Virus record (IMG/VR): IMGVR_UViG_3300023440_000007
Location: 1 to 61,254 of that record
DNA from: a virus
Taxonomy: Duplodnaviria; Caudoviricetes
Length of the DNA: 61,254 bases
Reading direction: 5' to 3' (one strand)
The position numbers and the translations under genes are program-made. The notes under the pieces were generated by a model, which worked only from the letters and a program-made list of their open reading frames with translations, was not told the origin of the DNA and did no database searches. This document shows, in pieces, positions 17,062-26,595 of this stretch; position 1 is the first letter of the stretch; the number at the start of each line of letters is the position of its first letter.

Positions 17062-17346
17062 ATGGCCGAGAAGAAAGTGAAGAAGATCCCTCTGGACAAG
17101 CTTCCCAAGGCCAAGGTCGGATTGAACTACAAGCCGCATATGGACGACAGACGCGGTCTGTATCGCGGCGTCAATCAGGAAGCTCTGGCGAAGCTGATCG
17201 AGATTCTCGAAGATACCGACTTCTCTGACGCTCCAGAGCCTGAGGAGTTCTGGGAAGAGGTGATCGCCAGGCTGAAGAAAATTCAACGGGATACCAAGCT
17301 CGTTCTCACCACCCTGAAAATTCAGGGTAAATTGGAAGGAGACTGA
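17062..17346 (+). CDS. Hypothetical protein
   Basis: 94 aa, AAAGGAGGTGA RBS, hairpin downstream ~17357-17390. Confidence 0.8.
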   Translation: MAEKKVKKIPLDKLPKAKVGLNYKPHMDDRRGLYRGVNQEALAKLIEILEDTDFSDAPEPEEFWEEVIARLKKIQRDTKLVLTTLKIQGKLEGD

Positions 17347-17389
17347 GCGTCACTTTTGGGGGTGCGGACGCTTTCGCACTCCCAGTTTT

Positions 17390-17680
17390 ATGGATTTGAT
17401 AGAAATGAGTGATAATCTCATAGACTACCTGTTCGGTAAAACGAGCATAAAAGAAGAGATAGATAAGAAAAGACTGATGTGGAAAAACTTTCTTGACCAT
17501 ACCGAGACGGAAAACAAGAGAGAGGTCTGGAAGAACCTTCTGTCTAGAAGCGAGGAAGAGGTCACGCTGTTGACCTGCTTCGACCTTCTATACCCGAGCC
17601 TATTCCTTAAATCAAGAGAAGGATATGAGTATTGGGATTGCGTAGAAACGAGATTGATGAACTCTCTTGACCTCTCTTAG
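17390..17680 (+). CDS. EG-x2-YW paralog family protein
   Basis: LFLKSREGYEYWDCV. Confidence 0.75.
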   Translation: MDLIEMSDNLIDYLFGKTSIKEEIDKKRLMWKNFLDHTETENKREVWKNLLSRSEEEVTLLTCFDLLYPSLFLKSREGYEYWDCVETRLMNSLDLS

Positions 17681-17924
17681 AGTAAGTCTAAGATTGGATG
17701 AATTCAAAAATACTCCGTTTTATGAATTTCATGGAGTTTTAGGAGAACAAGACATGAAAAGGTATGAGATGATAGAACTCATGGCGCTAAGAATAGCGCC
17801 TTATTCTCTCCTTCAGGAAGGCTACGAATACTGGTACGAAGTCTCAAGGAGAGTAAGACGTCTATATGAGTTGAAGGAGAACAATCGTGAAAGTGTACAG
17901 AATTCAGAGGAAGCCTCTGACTGA
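17667..17924 (+). CDS. EG-x2-YW paralog family protein
   Basis: YSLLQEGYEYWYEV. Confidence 0.7.
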   Translation: MTSLRVSLRLDEFKNTPFYEFHGVLGEQDMKRYEMIELMALRIAPYSLLQEGYEYWYEVSRRVRRLYELKENNRESVQNSEEASD

Positions 17925-18378
17925 GAAACAGATAAATGAGCTTCCCTCTGTTATAAGGATGAAGCTCAAAAGAACCAGGAACTCTAGAAAGATCCTGAAA
18001 GTCAGATGCCTGTACATCAACTATCAGCCGGTTCTCTATTATCAGAGAGACATGGGCTGCATCAGAGCAGTTGACATGGTCGGGAGCGCTGATACGTTCT
18101 ATGCAGGAAGAAACAGAGATACCATCCATACTTCTGACCAGGAAGTGATCGATCTGATCAATAAAGAAAGAATCCTGGTTTCCATTGACGATCAGCTTAG
18201 AGCGCTAATACGCAGATGTCTTTCTAGCCTGATCAATTCTGCAATACGCAAAGCCATGATCGTACGGCTTTCGTATTCATCCGGCAATGAAATCTGTAGA
18301 AAGATTCTGCAGAGACTGGCAGAAGACGCAGGATGCAGTGATCGGGAGATAGAATCTCTAAAATATCTGGAATTCTGA
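17887..18378 (+). CDS. Hypothetical protein
   Basis: 163 aa, AAGGAG RBS before GTG. Confidence 0.7.
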   Translation: MKVYRIQRKPLTEKQINELPSVIRMKLKRTRNSRKILKVRCLYINYQPVLYYQRDMGCIRAVDMVGSADTFYAGRNRDTIHTSDQEVIDLINKERILVSIDDQLRALIRRCLSSLINSAIRKAMIVRLSYSSGNEICRKILQRLAEDAGCSDREIESLKYLEF

Positions 18379-18390
18379 GGAGAACTGCAC

Positions 18391-18576
18391 ATGTTCAAGC
18401 TGAAAAACGAAGAAGAGATAGTCAAATTATGGAAAGAACAGTTCAATAGTGGATATCGCTCTCCCATTATGGAAAGGGAGAGGGAGAAAATCTATGAAGA
18501 ATTCTGTGAGAGGATCCTGAGTATTCTGAGATCTGATCCTACTTTGTCAAAGAGCTCAGATACTGATCCAAGGTAA
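18391..18576 (+). CDS. Hypothetical protein
   Basis: 61 aa, GAGGAG RBS. Confidence 0.6.
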   Translation: MFKLKNEEEIVKLWKEQFNSGYRSPIMEREREKIYEEFCERILSILRSDPTLSKSSDTDPR

Positions 18577-19015
18577 TCGTGTTAGAGTCTTTCATGACTC
18601 TCTCCATGCCCATTATCTTGAGTAACATCGCCAAAGACCTAGAGACGACTATATAACGCTCAAACGTTTCCCTATCGTCGCTTCCTCGTGCAATCTCAAT
18701 TTCCAGGTCCTGCGCAAGAGTCGCAAGACCGGCACATCGTTTGGCGATTTCTCTCTGAGCAGTCGTAACGTAGTCCATACCGCCAAGATCTGATATGAAC
18801 TGCTCATAAATCGAGGTCATTGTTCTGACTCGTGGATCGTTGGCGCTCAATCCATCGAGCCACTTCCCAGTTCTTGGATTGTATCTTACAAGATCCCTGG
18901 CCTTTGTCTTAAGGACCTTCTTGAGGAACTTCTTATCAGACTTCCTTCTTTTGTAGATTTCTTTAGTGGCAGAAGACATTGCCTTCTGCAAAGAATCTGA
19001 AATGCGCTCAGTCAT
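18539..19015 (-). CDS. Probable terminase small subunit
   Basis: DLGG.D.VT.AQ..I..R.A.L...Y....SL..LL..MG.ER..KD...TLDQYL resembles small proteins that usually precede GRRGGKS-type TerL in alphaproteobacterial (pro)phages. Confidence 0.55.
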   Translation of the reverse strand: MTERISDSLQKAMSSATKEIYKRRKSDKKFLKKVLKTKARDLVRYNPRTGKWLDGLSANDPRVRTMTSIYEQFISDLGGMDYVTTAQREIAKRCAGLATLAQDLEIEIARGSDDRETFERYIVVSRSLAMLLKIMGMERVMKDSNTITLDQYLSSLTK

Positions 19016-19040
19016 GTGAACTCCCTAATATGACAGCTGG

Positions 19041-19250
19041 ATGAAATTGTACATGTCAAAGAAACTAAAGAAAAGACTTTTGCCTGACGAGACTGTCACA
19101 GCATCGATATTGATAGACATATCGCTCTCATTATCTCTTACAAGAGAGGGCGAGGAGTACTGGAGAGAAGTCAAAGATAAGATATTCGACAACAATGAAT
19201 TGAGTTTGCCTATGTCTGAAGTATTAATGCTTGCATTGGGAGAACAGTAA
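19041..19250 (+). CDS. EG-x2-YW paralog family protein
   Basis: LSLTREGEEYWREV. Confidence 0.75.
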   Translation: MKLYMSKKLKKRLLPDETVTASILIDISLSLSLTREGEEYWREVKDKIFDNNELSLPMSEVLMLALGEQ

Positions 19251-19291
19251 GACGGACAAAGATCCATCCTAAGAAACTCTCAGAATGGAGA

Positions 19292-19561
19292 ATGATATTG
19301 AATAGGTCGGGAAGGATGAATTATAAAGAACTGAGAGAAAGATATTCTGAGAAGGCTCTAAAGCAATGCTTCTCAAGCCCGATGAGGGTTGGGCATCTGC
19401 TGATTGAGGCATTCAAGCTTGACGTTTCAAGAGAAGGGCTCAGATACTGGTATGAAGTAGACAGCCGAATTCCCAATAAAGAACAAGCTCTGAGCGTAGA
19501 TGAAGAGTACAAAATCCTGAGTGAGATAGGCGGATACTTGGAGAAGAAGTATATCAGGTGA
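19292..19561 (+). CDS. EG-x2-YW paralog family protein
   Basis: AFKLDVSREGLRYWYEV. Confidence 0.75.
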   Translation: MILNRSGRMNYKELRERYSEKALKQCFSSPMRVGHLLIEAFKLDVSREGLRYWYEVDSRIPNKEQALSVDEEYKILSEIGGYLEKKYIR

Positions 19562-19646
19562 ATATCTCACTGGTCTTTTTGTGAGAGACCAGTGAGATGT
19601 CCACTGATGGGCATCATATAGAACTTCTACATGGAAGGAGGAGACA

Positions 19647-20660
19647 ATGAGACCAAGTGATGCCAAGGAAGTCCTCAAGGCCATGTTCCGCATGAGGCGT
19701 CCGATCCTGCTGTCCGGGATGCCCGGCGTCGGCAAGACATCCATTGTCGTGCAGGCGTGTGAGAGCATCGGCATGAAGTATGTTCTGTTCCACCCGGCAG
19801 TCAGCGAGCCGACTGACTTCAAGGGCTATCCGTTCGTTGTGGATGGCCAGGCGCTGTTCCTGCCGTTCGGGGATCTTAAGATCCTGCTGGACGCGCAGGA
19901 GCCGATTGTGGCGTTTATGGACGACTTCGGACAGGGACCCGCTTCCACTCAGGCTGCCATCATGCAGCTGCTTGGGAGCCGACGGCTGAACGATCACGTT
20001 ATCAGCGACAACGTGACGTTCGTACTCGCCACCAATCGCAAGCAGGACAAGGCCAATGTGAGAGGCATCCTGGAGCCGGTGAAGTCCAGATGCATCACCA
20101 TCATCGAAGTGACGCCCAATCTGGACGATTGGTGTGAATGGATGATCAAGAACAACAAGTCTCCAGAGGTCGTCGCGTTTATCCGCTGGAGGCCTGAGTT
20201 CTTGGAGAAGTTCAAGCCCACCAACGACATGACCAATTCTCCATGTCCGCGCACGTTGGCGAACGCGGCGGACTTGGTCGCAAATCCGGACATCCCGAGG
20301 AACTGCTTGTTCGAAGTCCTCGCTGGCGCTGCCGGTGAGGCCTTCGCAGCGGAATTCACGGGATTTCTGAAGGTCTATCAGAACTTGCCGGATCTGGACA
20401 AGATGCTTCTGATGCCGGACCAGGCGCATATTCCCACTGACGAGGTCGGCGTGTTGTATGCCATCGCCGTCGGCTTGGGAGTGAGGGCTAACAAGAGGAA
20501 CTTCAAGAATTACACGAAGCTCCTCAGCAAGATGCCTGACGAGATGGCCGTCACATCCATCAGGACTGCCGTTTCCAAGACTCCTGACTTGGTTGAAACC
20601 AAGGAATACATGGAGGGATGGGGAAGGCAGTTCGCTGAGAAGATGTACTCTGACGACTGA
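19647..20660 (+). CDS. MoxR-like AAA+ ATPase
   Basis: Walker A GMPGVGKT, Walker B AFMDD, LATN sensor, SPCPR; AGGAGG RBS. Confidence 0.9.
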   Translation: MRPSDAKEVLKAMFRMRRPILLSGMPGVGKTSIVVQACESIGMKYVLFHPAVSEPTDFKGYPFVVDGQALFLPFGDLKILLDAQEPIVAFMDDFGQGPASTQAAIMQLLGSRRLNDHVISDNVTFVLATNRKQDKANVRGILEPVKSRCITIIEVTPNLDDWCEWMIKNNKSPEVVAFIRWRPEFLEKFKPTNDMTNSPCPRTLANAADLVANPDIPRNCLFEVLAGAAGEAFAAEFTGFLKVYQNLPDLDKMLLMPDQAHIPTDEVGVLYAIAVGLGVRANKRNFKNYTKLLSKMPDEMAVTSIRTAVSKTPDLVETKEYMEGWGRQFAEKMYSDD

Positions 20661-20744
20661 CATCTCGCTACAGCGCAGGGGAGCCAGCCAGTCTGGCTCC
20701 CTCACGGTGCAGCGAGAATGCGCCGAACAGAAAAGGAGGTAACA

Positions 20745-21572
20745 ATGACCAGTATTTCAGAGAAAGCGATGCTGTCCAGGTTTCGTGCGACGGGCTGGAG
20801 AGCCAGCAAGGCTGACAGAAGCGTGAGCGATGAGGTCGCCGAGAGCAAGAAGGCAGAGCGGACGGCTGGGAAGTATTACAAGAAGTTGATCCGCTGTGTC
20901 GCCATCGACGACTTCAATCGCACCGTAGCGTCTGCCAGAGCGTATCACAACAAGGTGACGCTGCCGTGGCTCGACTCGGACTTCCGGATCTTGCCGAACA
21001 AGTTCCATATGGAACATGTCCAGCAGATGGCGAAGTTCCGTGAGGAGTGCATGGAGCACGTCGAGCACTTCTGCCAGTTGTACGAGCTCTCCAAGAACGA
21101 TGCCAAGAAACGTCTTGGGGAGTTGTTCAACGAGCAGGACTATCCGCCCATCGAAGACCTGAAGGCCAAGTTCACCTTCACGGTGAGCTACATGCCGATC
21201 CCAGAGGTCGGGGACTGGCGTGTCGAGGACAGCCTGAAGGCTGAGACGGAGAAGATGCTGCTCGAAGCTCAGAACGAGGCTGTGAGAGACCTGCTTCGCA
21301 GACTCCACAGTCGCGTCGAGAAGCTTCACGAGAGGCTGTCGGATCCTACGGCATCGTTCAGGAACTCTCTGCTCGACAAGGTCAAAGGGCTTGTGGAAGT
21401 CATTCCGGACATGAACGTCATCGACAATGCTGACGTCAGGACGTTCACGGAAGAGGTCCGCAAGCACCTGTGCTCCGTGCATCCTGACGACCTCCGCAAC
21501 GACCTCGTGAAGAGGCAGAAGGTCTCTGACGCTGTGTCTGAGATCCTGGAGCGTATGAAGGGATACGTATAA
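20745..21572 (+). CDS. DUF3150-like phage protein
   Basis: TLPW....RILP...LGELFN..DYP; lies between the AAA and vWA genes; AAGGAGG RBS before ATG 20745. Confidence 0.7.
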   Translation: MTSISEKAMLSRFRATGWRASKADRSVSDEVAESKKAERTAGKYYKKLIRCVAIDDFNRTVASARAYHNKVTLPWLDSDFRILPNKFHMEHVQQMAKFREECMEHVEHFCQLYELSKNDAKKRLGELFNEQDYPPIEDLKAKFTFTVSYMPIPEVGDWRVEDSLKAETEKMLLEAQNEAVRDLLRRLHSRVEKLHERLSDPTASFRNSLLDKVKGLVEVIPDMNVIDNADVRTFTEEVRKHLCSVHPDDLRNDLVKRQKVSDAVSEILERMKGYV

Positions 21573-21599
21573 AAAGCAGCTCGAAATCCTGTATAGCTA

Positions 21600-21640
21600 T
21601 GGGGGGAGTCATATATGACTCCCCCTAGTCTCTTTTATTT
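21600..21640 (+). terminator. Intrinsic terminator
   Basis: GGGGGAGTCATA-TATGACTCCCCC followed by a U-rich tract. Confidence 0.7.
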
Positions 21641-21651
21641 GGATATTCGTT

Positions 21652-21867
21652 ATGCGATTTAATCAGACACTGAGACCCATGAGGAAGAGAATTCTCCTAA
21701 AAGACAGTGACGCTCCCCGTCTTCTAGTATATTCGTTTGATTGGTTTGCATCTAAAGACGGAGGAGATGAGGACGGATCAGATGAATTCTGGCATCAGAT
21801 ATATAGGAGAATGTCGTTCTGTAGAGCAGAAGTTCAACCCAATAGAAAACGGATAAAGAAGAAATGA
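21652..21867 (+). CDS. EG-x2-YW paralog (insertion variant)
   Basis: SFDWFASKDGGDEDGSDEFWHQI. Confidence 0.6.
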   Translation: MRFNQTLRPMRKRILLKDSDAPRLLVYSFDWFASKDGGDEDGSDEFWHQIYRRMSFCRAEVQPNRKRIKKK

Positions 21868-22094
21868 GAAAAAAGCTTCTATTAAGATATAGTGAAGCTG
21901 GAATATTATTGATACGCGCCTTCCATTGGCGTTTATCTAGAGATGGAGGAGTCCCATATCTATCAGACCTATATTGGTACTTAGTCCATAAAAGGATTAT
22001 GGGAAGCAATGCGGAAGTCAGAAGTAGGACCAAATCCGTCTACAATAAGAATAAAAAGGATCACATTACTGAATACCGTAAGATGCATCATTAA
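21864..22094 (+). CDS. EG-x2-YW paralog (insertion variant)
   Basis: AFHWRLSRDGGVPYLSDLYWYLV. Confidence 0.6.
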   Translation: MRKKLLLRYSEAGILLIRAFHWRLSRDGGVPYLSDLYWYLVHKRIMGSNAEVRSRTKSVYNKNKKDHITEYRKMHH

Positions 22095-22195
22095 GACATA
22101 CTGCGACTTCTCAAAAATAGACCATAGATGATAGACTATAACGAATAATTCGTTAGCTCATTACAGAGCATCCATAACCAGAAAAGGAGGTTGAA

Positions 22196-23476
22196 ATGAC
22201 CGCTCAACCTGGAAACGTGATCCAAGTGACCGTGATCAGCGAGGAAGAGAAGAACCGACTGGAGAAGCGTGCTGAGGAGCTCATCTCCAAAGCAAAGACG
22301 AAGGTCGTTCTAGACCATCCGGAATTCTCCATTTTCATTCTGACGTCGAAAATGGAACCGGATTGGTCCTTCCCAACGCTGGCGACTGATGGACAGTGGA
22401 TCAAGTATAATCCACACTTCATCTGCCAGTTCAAGGTGAAGCACATCAAGACTTTCTTGATGCATGAGTGCCTGCACATCATGATGCTTCACGCTTCCAG
22501 GCGTAGGAACAGACCCCATGTGAAGTGGAACATGGCCTGTGACTATGCGATCAATGCCCTGCTGGTCCAGTCCAAACAGGACTTCGGCATGAAACCTGGA
22601 GAATTCCTGTACGGCAAGGAATTCGAAGGAATGTCTGCCGAGGACATCTATGCCAAAATCCCCGATCCGCCTGAGAGGGAAGGTGGAAATGGGGATGGTG
22701 AATGTGAGGGCCAAGACAAGACTGGGAAGTCCAATGCTGGACACGGTCATACGAATGCAGGCGGATGCACCTGCACCATCCTGGATCCCAGGAATCCTGA
22801 TGGCTCTAAGATGACTGAGTCTCAAATCAAAGAGCTTGAGTCTCAGGTAAAGATCGCCGTCGCACAGTCTGAGGCGATTGCGAAGCAGTGCGGCAGAGAT
22901 CCTCTTGGAGTCAAAAGGATCCTGAAGGCCATCGAGGCTCCGGTTGTAGACTGGCGAACCCTGCTGGCTAATCTTGCGACAGAGATCGCCCACGACGACT
23001 ACACGTGGACCAAGGCTAATAGGAGATACGTCTATTCCGGCGCATTTCTACCGAGCCTTGAGAATCGCGAAGTCGGTCACATCGCATTCGTGATCGACAC
23101 GTCTGGATCGGTGTCTGACAAGGAAGTCAGCAAGGCTGCGGCAGCAGCGGAGGACATGTTCAATATCATCAATCCAAGCAGGATTGAGGTAATGTATGTG
23201 GACTATTCGCTGCACGGCATCCAGAATCTCGATGCCTCTGACCTTCCCTTCAAGCTTGAGATCAAGGGAGGGGGAGGGACGAGCTTCCGTCCTGCGTTCG
23301 AGCATATTAGCAAGAACGAGGACGACGAGCCTGTCGCATTGGTCTACGTGACCGATGGGTATTGTCGAGACTTCCCGAAGGAGGAGCCGGATTATCCAGT
23401 AATCTGGCTGCTTATCGGGGATTACGACAGGCGGTTCACTGCACCGTTCGGAGACGTTGTAAGAACAGACGAATAA
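22196..23476 (+). CDS. DUF2201-type metallopeptidase-like / vWA domain protein
   Basis: TLATDG, HECLH (HExxH), N.ACDYAIN, DTSGS MIDAS, GGGGTSF, VTDG. Confidence 0.9.
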   Translation: MTAQPGNVIQVTVISEEEKNRLEKRAEELISKAKTKVVLDHPEFSIFILTSKMEPDWSFPTLATDGQWIKYNPHFICQFKVKHIKTFLMHECLHIMMLHASRRRNRPHVKWNMACDYAINALLVQSKQDFGMKPGEFLYGKEFEGMSAEDIYAKIPDPPEREGGNGDGECEGQDKTGKSNAGHGHTNAGGCTCTILDPRNPDGSKMTESQIKELESQVKIAVAQSEAIAKQCGRDPLGVKRILKAIEAPVVDWRTLLANLATEIAHDDYTWTKANRRYVYSGAFLPSLENREVGHIAFVIDTSGSVSDKEVSKAAAAAEDMFNIINPSRIEVMYVDYSLHGIQNLDASDLPFKLEIKGGGGTSFRPAFEHISKNEDDEPVALVYVTDGYCRDFPKEEPDYPVIWLLIGDYDRRFTAPFGDVVRTDE

Positions 23477-23546
23477 GAGTATCTGACCAAACTATTCTGG
23501 GATCTTGTATAAGATCCCAGACTTTATCCATTTATATGAGGAGAGA

Positions 23547-23702
23547 ATGATAAATACAGAGAAAGATAAGGATGATCACACAAAGTGTGTTGTATATCTA
23601 CAACAGATGTTTCCATATAGAAACAGCATGGAAGGATGGGAATATTGGACTACAGTCTATTTTAGGATAATCTCTTTTTATAGAAGGGATGATATGGAAT
23701 AG
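23547..23702 (+). CDS. EG-x2-YW paralog family protein
   Basis: MFPYRNSMEGWEYWTTV; ATG at 23547 after GAGGAG. Confidence 0.7.
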   Translation: MINTEKDKDDHTKCVVYLQQMFPYRNSMEGWEYWTTVYFRIISFYRRDDME

Positions 23703-23717
23703 GATCTGGACATAGAC

Positions 23718-23906
23718 ATGAAAACAAACAAGAAAACAGAAGATACCGCAGTAAGTGAAGCCTCAGAAATTAGTCAGCAGATCTTTTTCTATGGTCTGAA
23801 TGGTAGAGAGGGCTGGGAATATTGGCGATATGCGTTCACTAAAATAAATGAAATCTTAGTTAAGAACTTAGTAGAACTGGAGGTGATGAAAACAGACAAT
23901 GATTGA
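23718..23906 (+). CDS. EG-x2-YW paralog family protein
   Basis: FFYGLNGREGWEYWRYA. Confidence 0.75.
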   Translation: MKTNKKTEDTAVSEASEISQQIFFYGLNGREGWEYWRYAFTKINEILVKNLVELEVMKTDND

Positions 23907-24042
23907 AGGGACAAGAGCATTCATGGACGATAGGATGGAGCTCTTAGATAGAGCATTCACATGGATCTGTTCAAGAGAAGGATCAGAGTATTGGACATAT
24001 GTATTTGAAGCTCTAGACAACCTAAGACCCGTGTATCCTTAA
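23899..24042 (+). CDS. EG-x2-YW paralog (47 aa, below the ORF-track cutoff)
   Basis: Hand translation: RAFTWICSREGSEYWTYV. Confidence 0.75.
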   Translation: MIEGTRAFMDDRMELLDRAFTWICSREGSEYWTYVFEALDNLRPVYP

Positions 24043-24061
24043 TACGGAATGAAGCTAATAT

Positions 24062-24289
24062 GTGAACTGGATAGAAATGGACACTCTAGGAAATAGAATA
24101 ACGGTAAATATCGGTGCGCTTCTAAATGAAGCTTTCCATTGGAGATGTTCTGAAGAAGATTATGTTTACTGGCATCAGATCTATGATGCTTTGAATGATC
24201 TTGACAGTATCAGCACCGAAATCATATTCGTCCATAAGCCATTTGGACCACCCAAAATCTGTGTTTCCCCTAAGGGCAGGAGCAGATGA
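24062..24289 (+). CDS. EG-x2-YW paralog family protein
   Basis: AFHWRCSEEDYVYWHQI. Confidence 0.7.
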   Translation: MNWIEMDTLGNRITVNIGALLNEAFHWRCSEEDYVYWHQIYDALNDLDSISTEIIFVHKPFGPPKICVSPKGRSR

Positions 24290-24462
24290 AAGGAGTAAAA
24301 CCAAAAGTGTTCATAAGAATTTGGCGTAGGAATGAGAGACTCCTATGGAAGACCGGGATATTCTGGGTAAAGACAAGAGAAGGACTAGAATACTGGAAAG
24401 CCGTGGGAGAAAGATTCAGCATTAGACATGAGCAAGACGACGTTGATCTATACAATCAATAA
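24286..24462 (+). CDS. EG-x2-YW paralog (58 aa, below the ORF-track cutoff)
   Basis: Hand translation: GIFWVKTREGLEYWKAV. Confidence 0.75.
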   Translation: MKGVKPKVFIRIWRRNERLLWKTGIFWVKTREGLEYWKAVGERFSIRHEQDDVDLYNQ

Positions 24463-24628
24463 AGGAAAAGAACAGCCTCCCTGGTTTAGAGGGATAGTTT
24501 GGGAAGCAGTAATACATCCAGAAACAGAATCTATGAAGTTAATGGATATCAGCTTCTGGTATGACTGTTCGAGAGAGGGATTCGATTACTGGCTCTATAT
24601 CTTAAGAAGGATAGAAAGTGAAATATAG
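24428..24628 (+). CDS. EG-x2-YW paralog family protein
   Basis: SFWYDCSREGFDYWLYI. Confidence 0.75.
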   Translation: MSKTTLIYTINKGKEQPPWFRGIVWEAVIHPETESMKLMDISFWYDCSREGFDYWLYILRRIESEI

Positions 24629-24836
24629 CATAGTTGAAATACAAGAAGACCTTCCAGAATATTCTCTTTGCAGAAAGTATGGGGTGATTCCTTCAAAGGA
24701 ACATTACCCATATCAGAGTGAATATGATCTGAGTTGGATATCTGCATTGCTTGATAGTTGCTTCATATTCAGACATTCTATGGAAGGACCAGAGTATTGG
24801 ATGGAAATCCGCAAGAAGCTGAATTTCATAAAGTGA
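24618..24836 (+). CDS. EG-x2-YW paralog family protein
   Basis: CFIFRHSMEGPEYWMEI. Confidence 0.75.
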   Translation: MKYSIVEIQEDLPEYSLCRKYGVIPSKEHYPYQSEYDLSWISALLDSCFIFRHSMEGPEYWMEIRKKLNFIK

Positions 24837-24847
24837 AATCTGGTAAG

Positions 24848-25021
24848 ATGCCAGAGGAATACATGAATCCTGCTAAGAGAAGGAAGAAAAGATTCCTATT
24901 CGATCCTATAGAAGCAGCAAGACTGCTGGATCGCTCATTCATTTGGCATAGATCTAGAGAGGAAGACAGCTATTGGATATTCGTTCAGAGAAGGATCAGA
25001 ACATCATGCCAGAACGAGTAG
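24848..25021 (+). CDS. EG-x2-YW paralog family protein
   Basis: SFIWHRSREEDSYWIFV. Confidence 0.7.
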   Translation: MPEEYMNPAKRRKKRFLFDPIEAARLLDRSFIWHRSREEDSYWIFVQRRIRTSCQNE

Positions 25022-25254
25022 AAGTGAGGAAAAGACATAAAAGCAGTAATACGTATCTATGCATCAATACTGAGACTCCAAAGCCCAAGTGGTTTAGAGG
25101 AATAGAGTGGGATTTTCGTGTAAGCGAGAAATCTATGTTAGAGAAATTGGCCATTGTTTCCTTCTGGTTCTCAGAGCCAATGGAAGGGTATGAGTATTGG
25201 AGAGAGGTCTATGATCGGATAAAATTCTTGAACAGGAAAGACAGGGAAACATGA
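25006..25254 (+). CDS. EG-x2-YW paralog family protein
   Basis: SFWFSEPMEGYEYWREV; PKWFRG shared with neighbours. Confidence 0.75.
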   Translation: MPERVEVRKRHKSSNTYLCINTETPKPKWFRGIEWDFRVSEKSMLEKLAIVSFWFSEPMEGYEYWREVYDRIKFLNRKDRET

Positions 25255-25568
25255 AACTTCCTATCAAGATAAATGCAGAAAATATGAGACCAAAGTGGTT
25301 CAGTGGGGTCACGTATCACTTAACAATAAGAGAGAGTACTGAGATACATCTGTTACTAAATTCAGCTTTCTGGTTCAGTGCCTCCAATGAAGGAGCAGAA
25401 TACTGGTATGAAGTCAGAAATAGGATAGAGAGCCATACAAAAGAACAGGAATATGTCTTTCCATACGAAACAGCTATGGAGCTGCTAGATAAGTCATTTC
25501 TCTGGGCTTCTACCAGAGAAGAAGTAAGATACTGGATGCACGTATATTATGGATTTCAAAGAATTTGA
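25251..25568 (+). CDS. EG-x2-YW paralog, two motif copies
   Basis: AFWFSASNEGAEYWYEV and SFLWASTREEVRYWMHV. Confidence 0.75.
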   Translation: MKLPIKINAENMRPKWFSGVTYHLTIRESTEIHLLLNSAFWFSASNEGAEYWYEVRNRIESHTKEQEYVFPYETAMELLDKSFLWASTREEVRYWMHVYYGFQRI

Positions 25569-25665
25569 ATCTAAGAGTCCTACAAGCCTTAGGATCCGTT
25601 CCATTCAGACATCAAGATGAAAAAGAAAATTCCATACTCAAAAGAGATCAGTACCAGAAGAACAA

Positions 25666-25932
25666 ATGGAAACGACTCTAATGAACGAAATATTCATAAG
25701 GACCATAATAAGAAAGGAAATAAGTAAGATACACTTTTCTGTCATATTTGACTTCTGCTCAACAAGAGAGGGCAAAGAATACTGGAATGGATCTTTGTAC
25801 TGTCATGTCTATGTATTTTACTTTTACAGAGATTTCTGCATAAAAGGGAGCAAGATCGATAAATGGCTAGTAGGAAAACATGAAAGAGATTTCATTGAAT
25901 ATACAAATACGAGCTCTATTGATGCGCCTTAA
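25666..25932 (+). CDS. EG-x2-YW paralog family protein
   Basis: IFDFCSTREGKEYWNG. Confidence 0.7.
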   Translation: METTLMNEIFIRTIIRKEISKIHFSVIFDFCSTREGKEYWNGSLYCHVYVFYFYRDFCIKGSKIDKWLVGKHERDFIEYTNTSSIDAP

Positions 25933-26200
25933 GAAGAGACCCAAACAGACAATGGATGAAGAAAGATACAACAATATATTAGACCTATTTGTTAGAGACT
26001 CTAGAACTCTATACATAATAGAACCAGCCTTCTATACCTCAGTATCCCACGAAGACTGGGAATATTGGTACGAAGTATTCAATAGAATGTCTTCACTCTT
26101 TGCAAGAGAATTGAAAGCGAATGGAGTGTTTGAAGGAATTGGCGTCATAAGACCAAAAGTCAGGATGAGAAAGAAACCGCCGACGACGAAGCTATTCTGA
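25880..26200 (+). CDS. EG-x2-YW paralog family protein
   Basis: AFYTSVSHEDWEYWYEV. Confidence 0.7.
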   Translation: MKEISLNIQIRALLMRLKKRPKQTMDEERYNNILDLFVRDSRTLYIIEPAFYTSVSHEDWEYWYEVFNRMSSLFARELKANGVFEGIGVIRPKVRMRKKPPTTKLF

Positions 26201-26265
26201 CTGTGTTCCTCCACGCATGGTCAGTGAAGTATGTGAACCTAGTGGAGAAGAAAAGGAGGGTATAA

Positions 26266-26595
26266 ATGCACGAATCTGACCTTGTTGACGAGTATGCGCA
26301 AGTCTGTAAGCGCATCGAGTCTCTTAACAAGAAGAAACAGAAGCTCAAGCAGGAGCTTCTACGTCTCACTGGGAATACCTTCATCGGCAACAAGTATGCC
26401 GTAGTGAAAGTCGTCTCAACGAGGGAGACGCTGAAGACGGCAGAAGTCAAGAAGTTCCTTGGCAAACGCCTTGAAAAGTTCCTGCGCGTGACTGATGTTA
26501 TCTCCTTGAAGATTGTAAAGCTCGACAAGAGAACATCGAGCAGGATTGTTCCTCTCGATGAATTCTCAAAAGAGCAGAAGGAGAAAGTCGCGTGA
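26266..26595 (+). CDS. Hypothetical protein (coiled-coil N-terminus)
   Basis: 109 aa, AAGGAGG RBS. Confidence 0.8.
   Translation: MHESDLVDEYAQVCKRIESLNKKKQKLKQELLRLTGNTFIGNKYAVVKVVSTRETLKTAEVKKFLGKRLEKFLRVTDVISLKIVKLDKRTSSRIVPLDEFSKEQKEKVA

Noticed and set aside
19614-22993. Long minus-strand ORFs 19614..20705, 20757..21482 and 22310..22993
   Set aside because: Antisense shadows of well-supported high-GC plus-strand genes, with no motifs or RBS.
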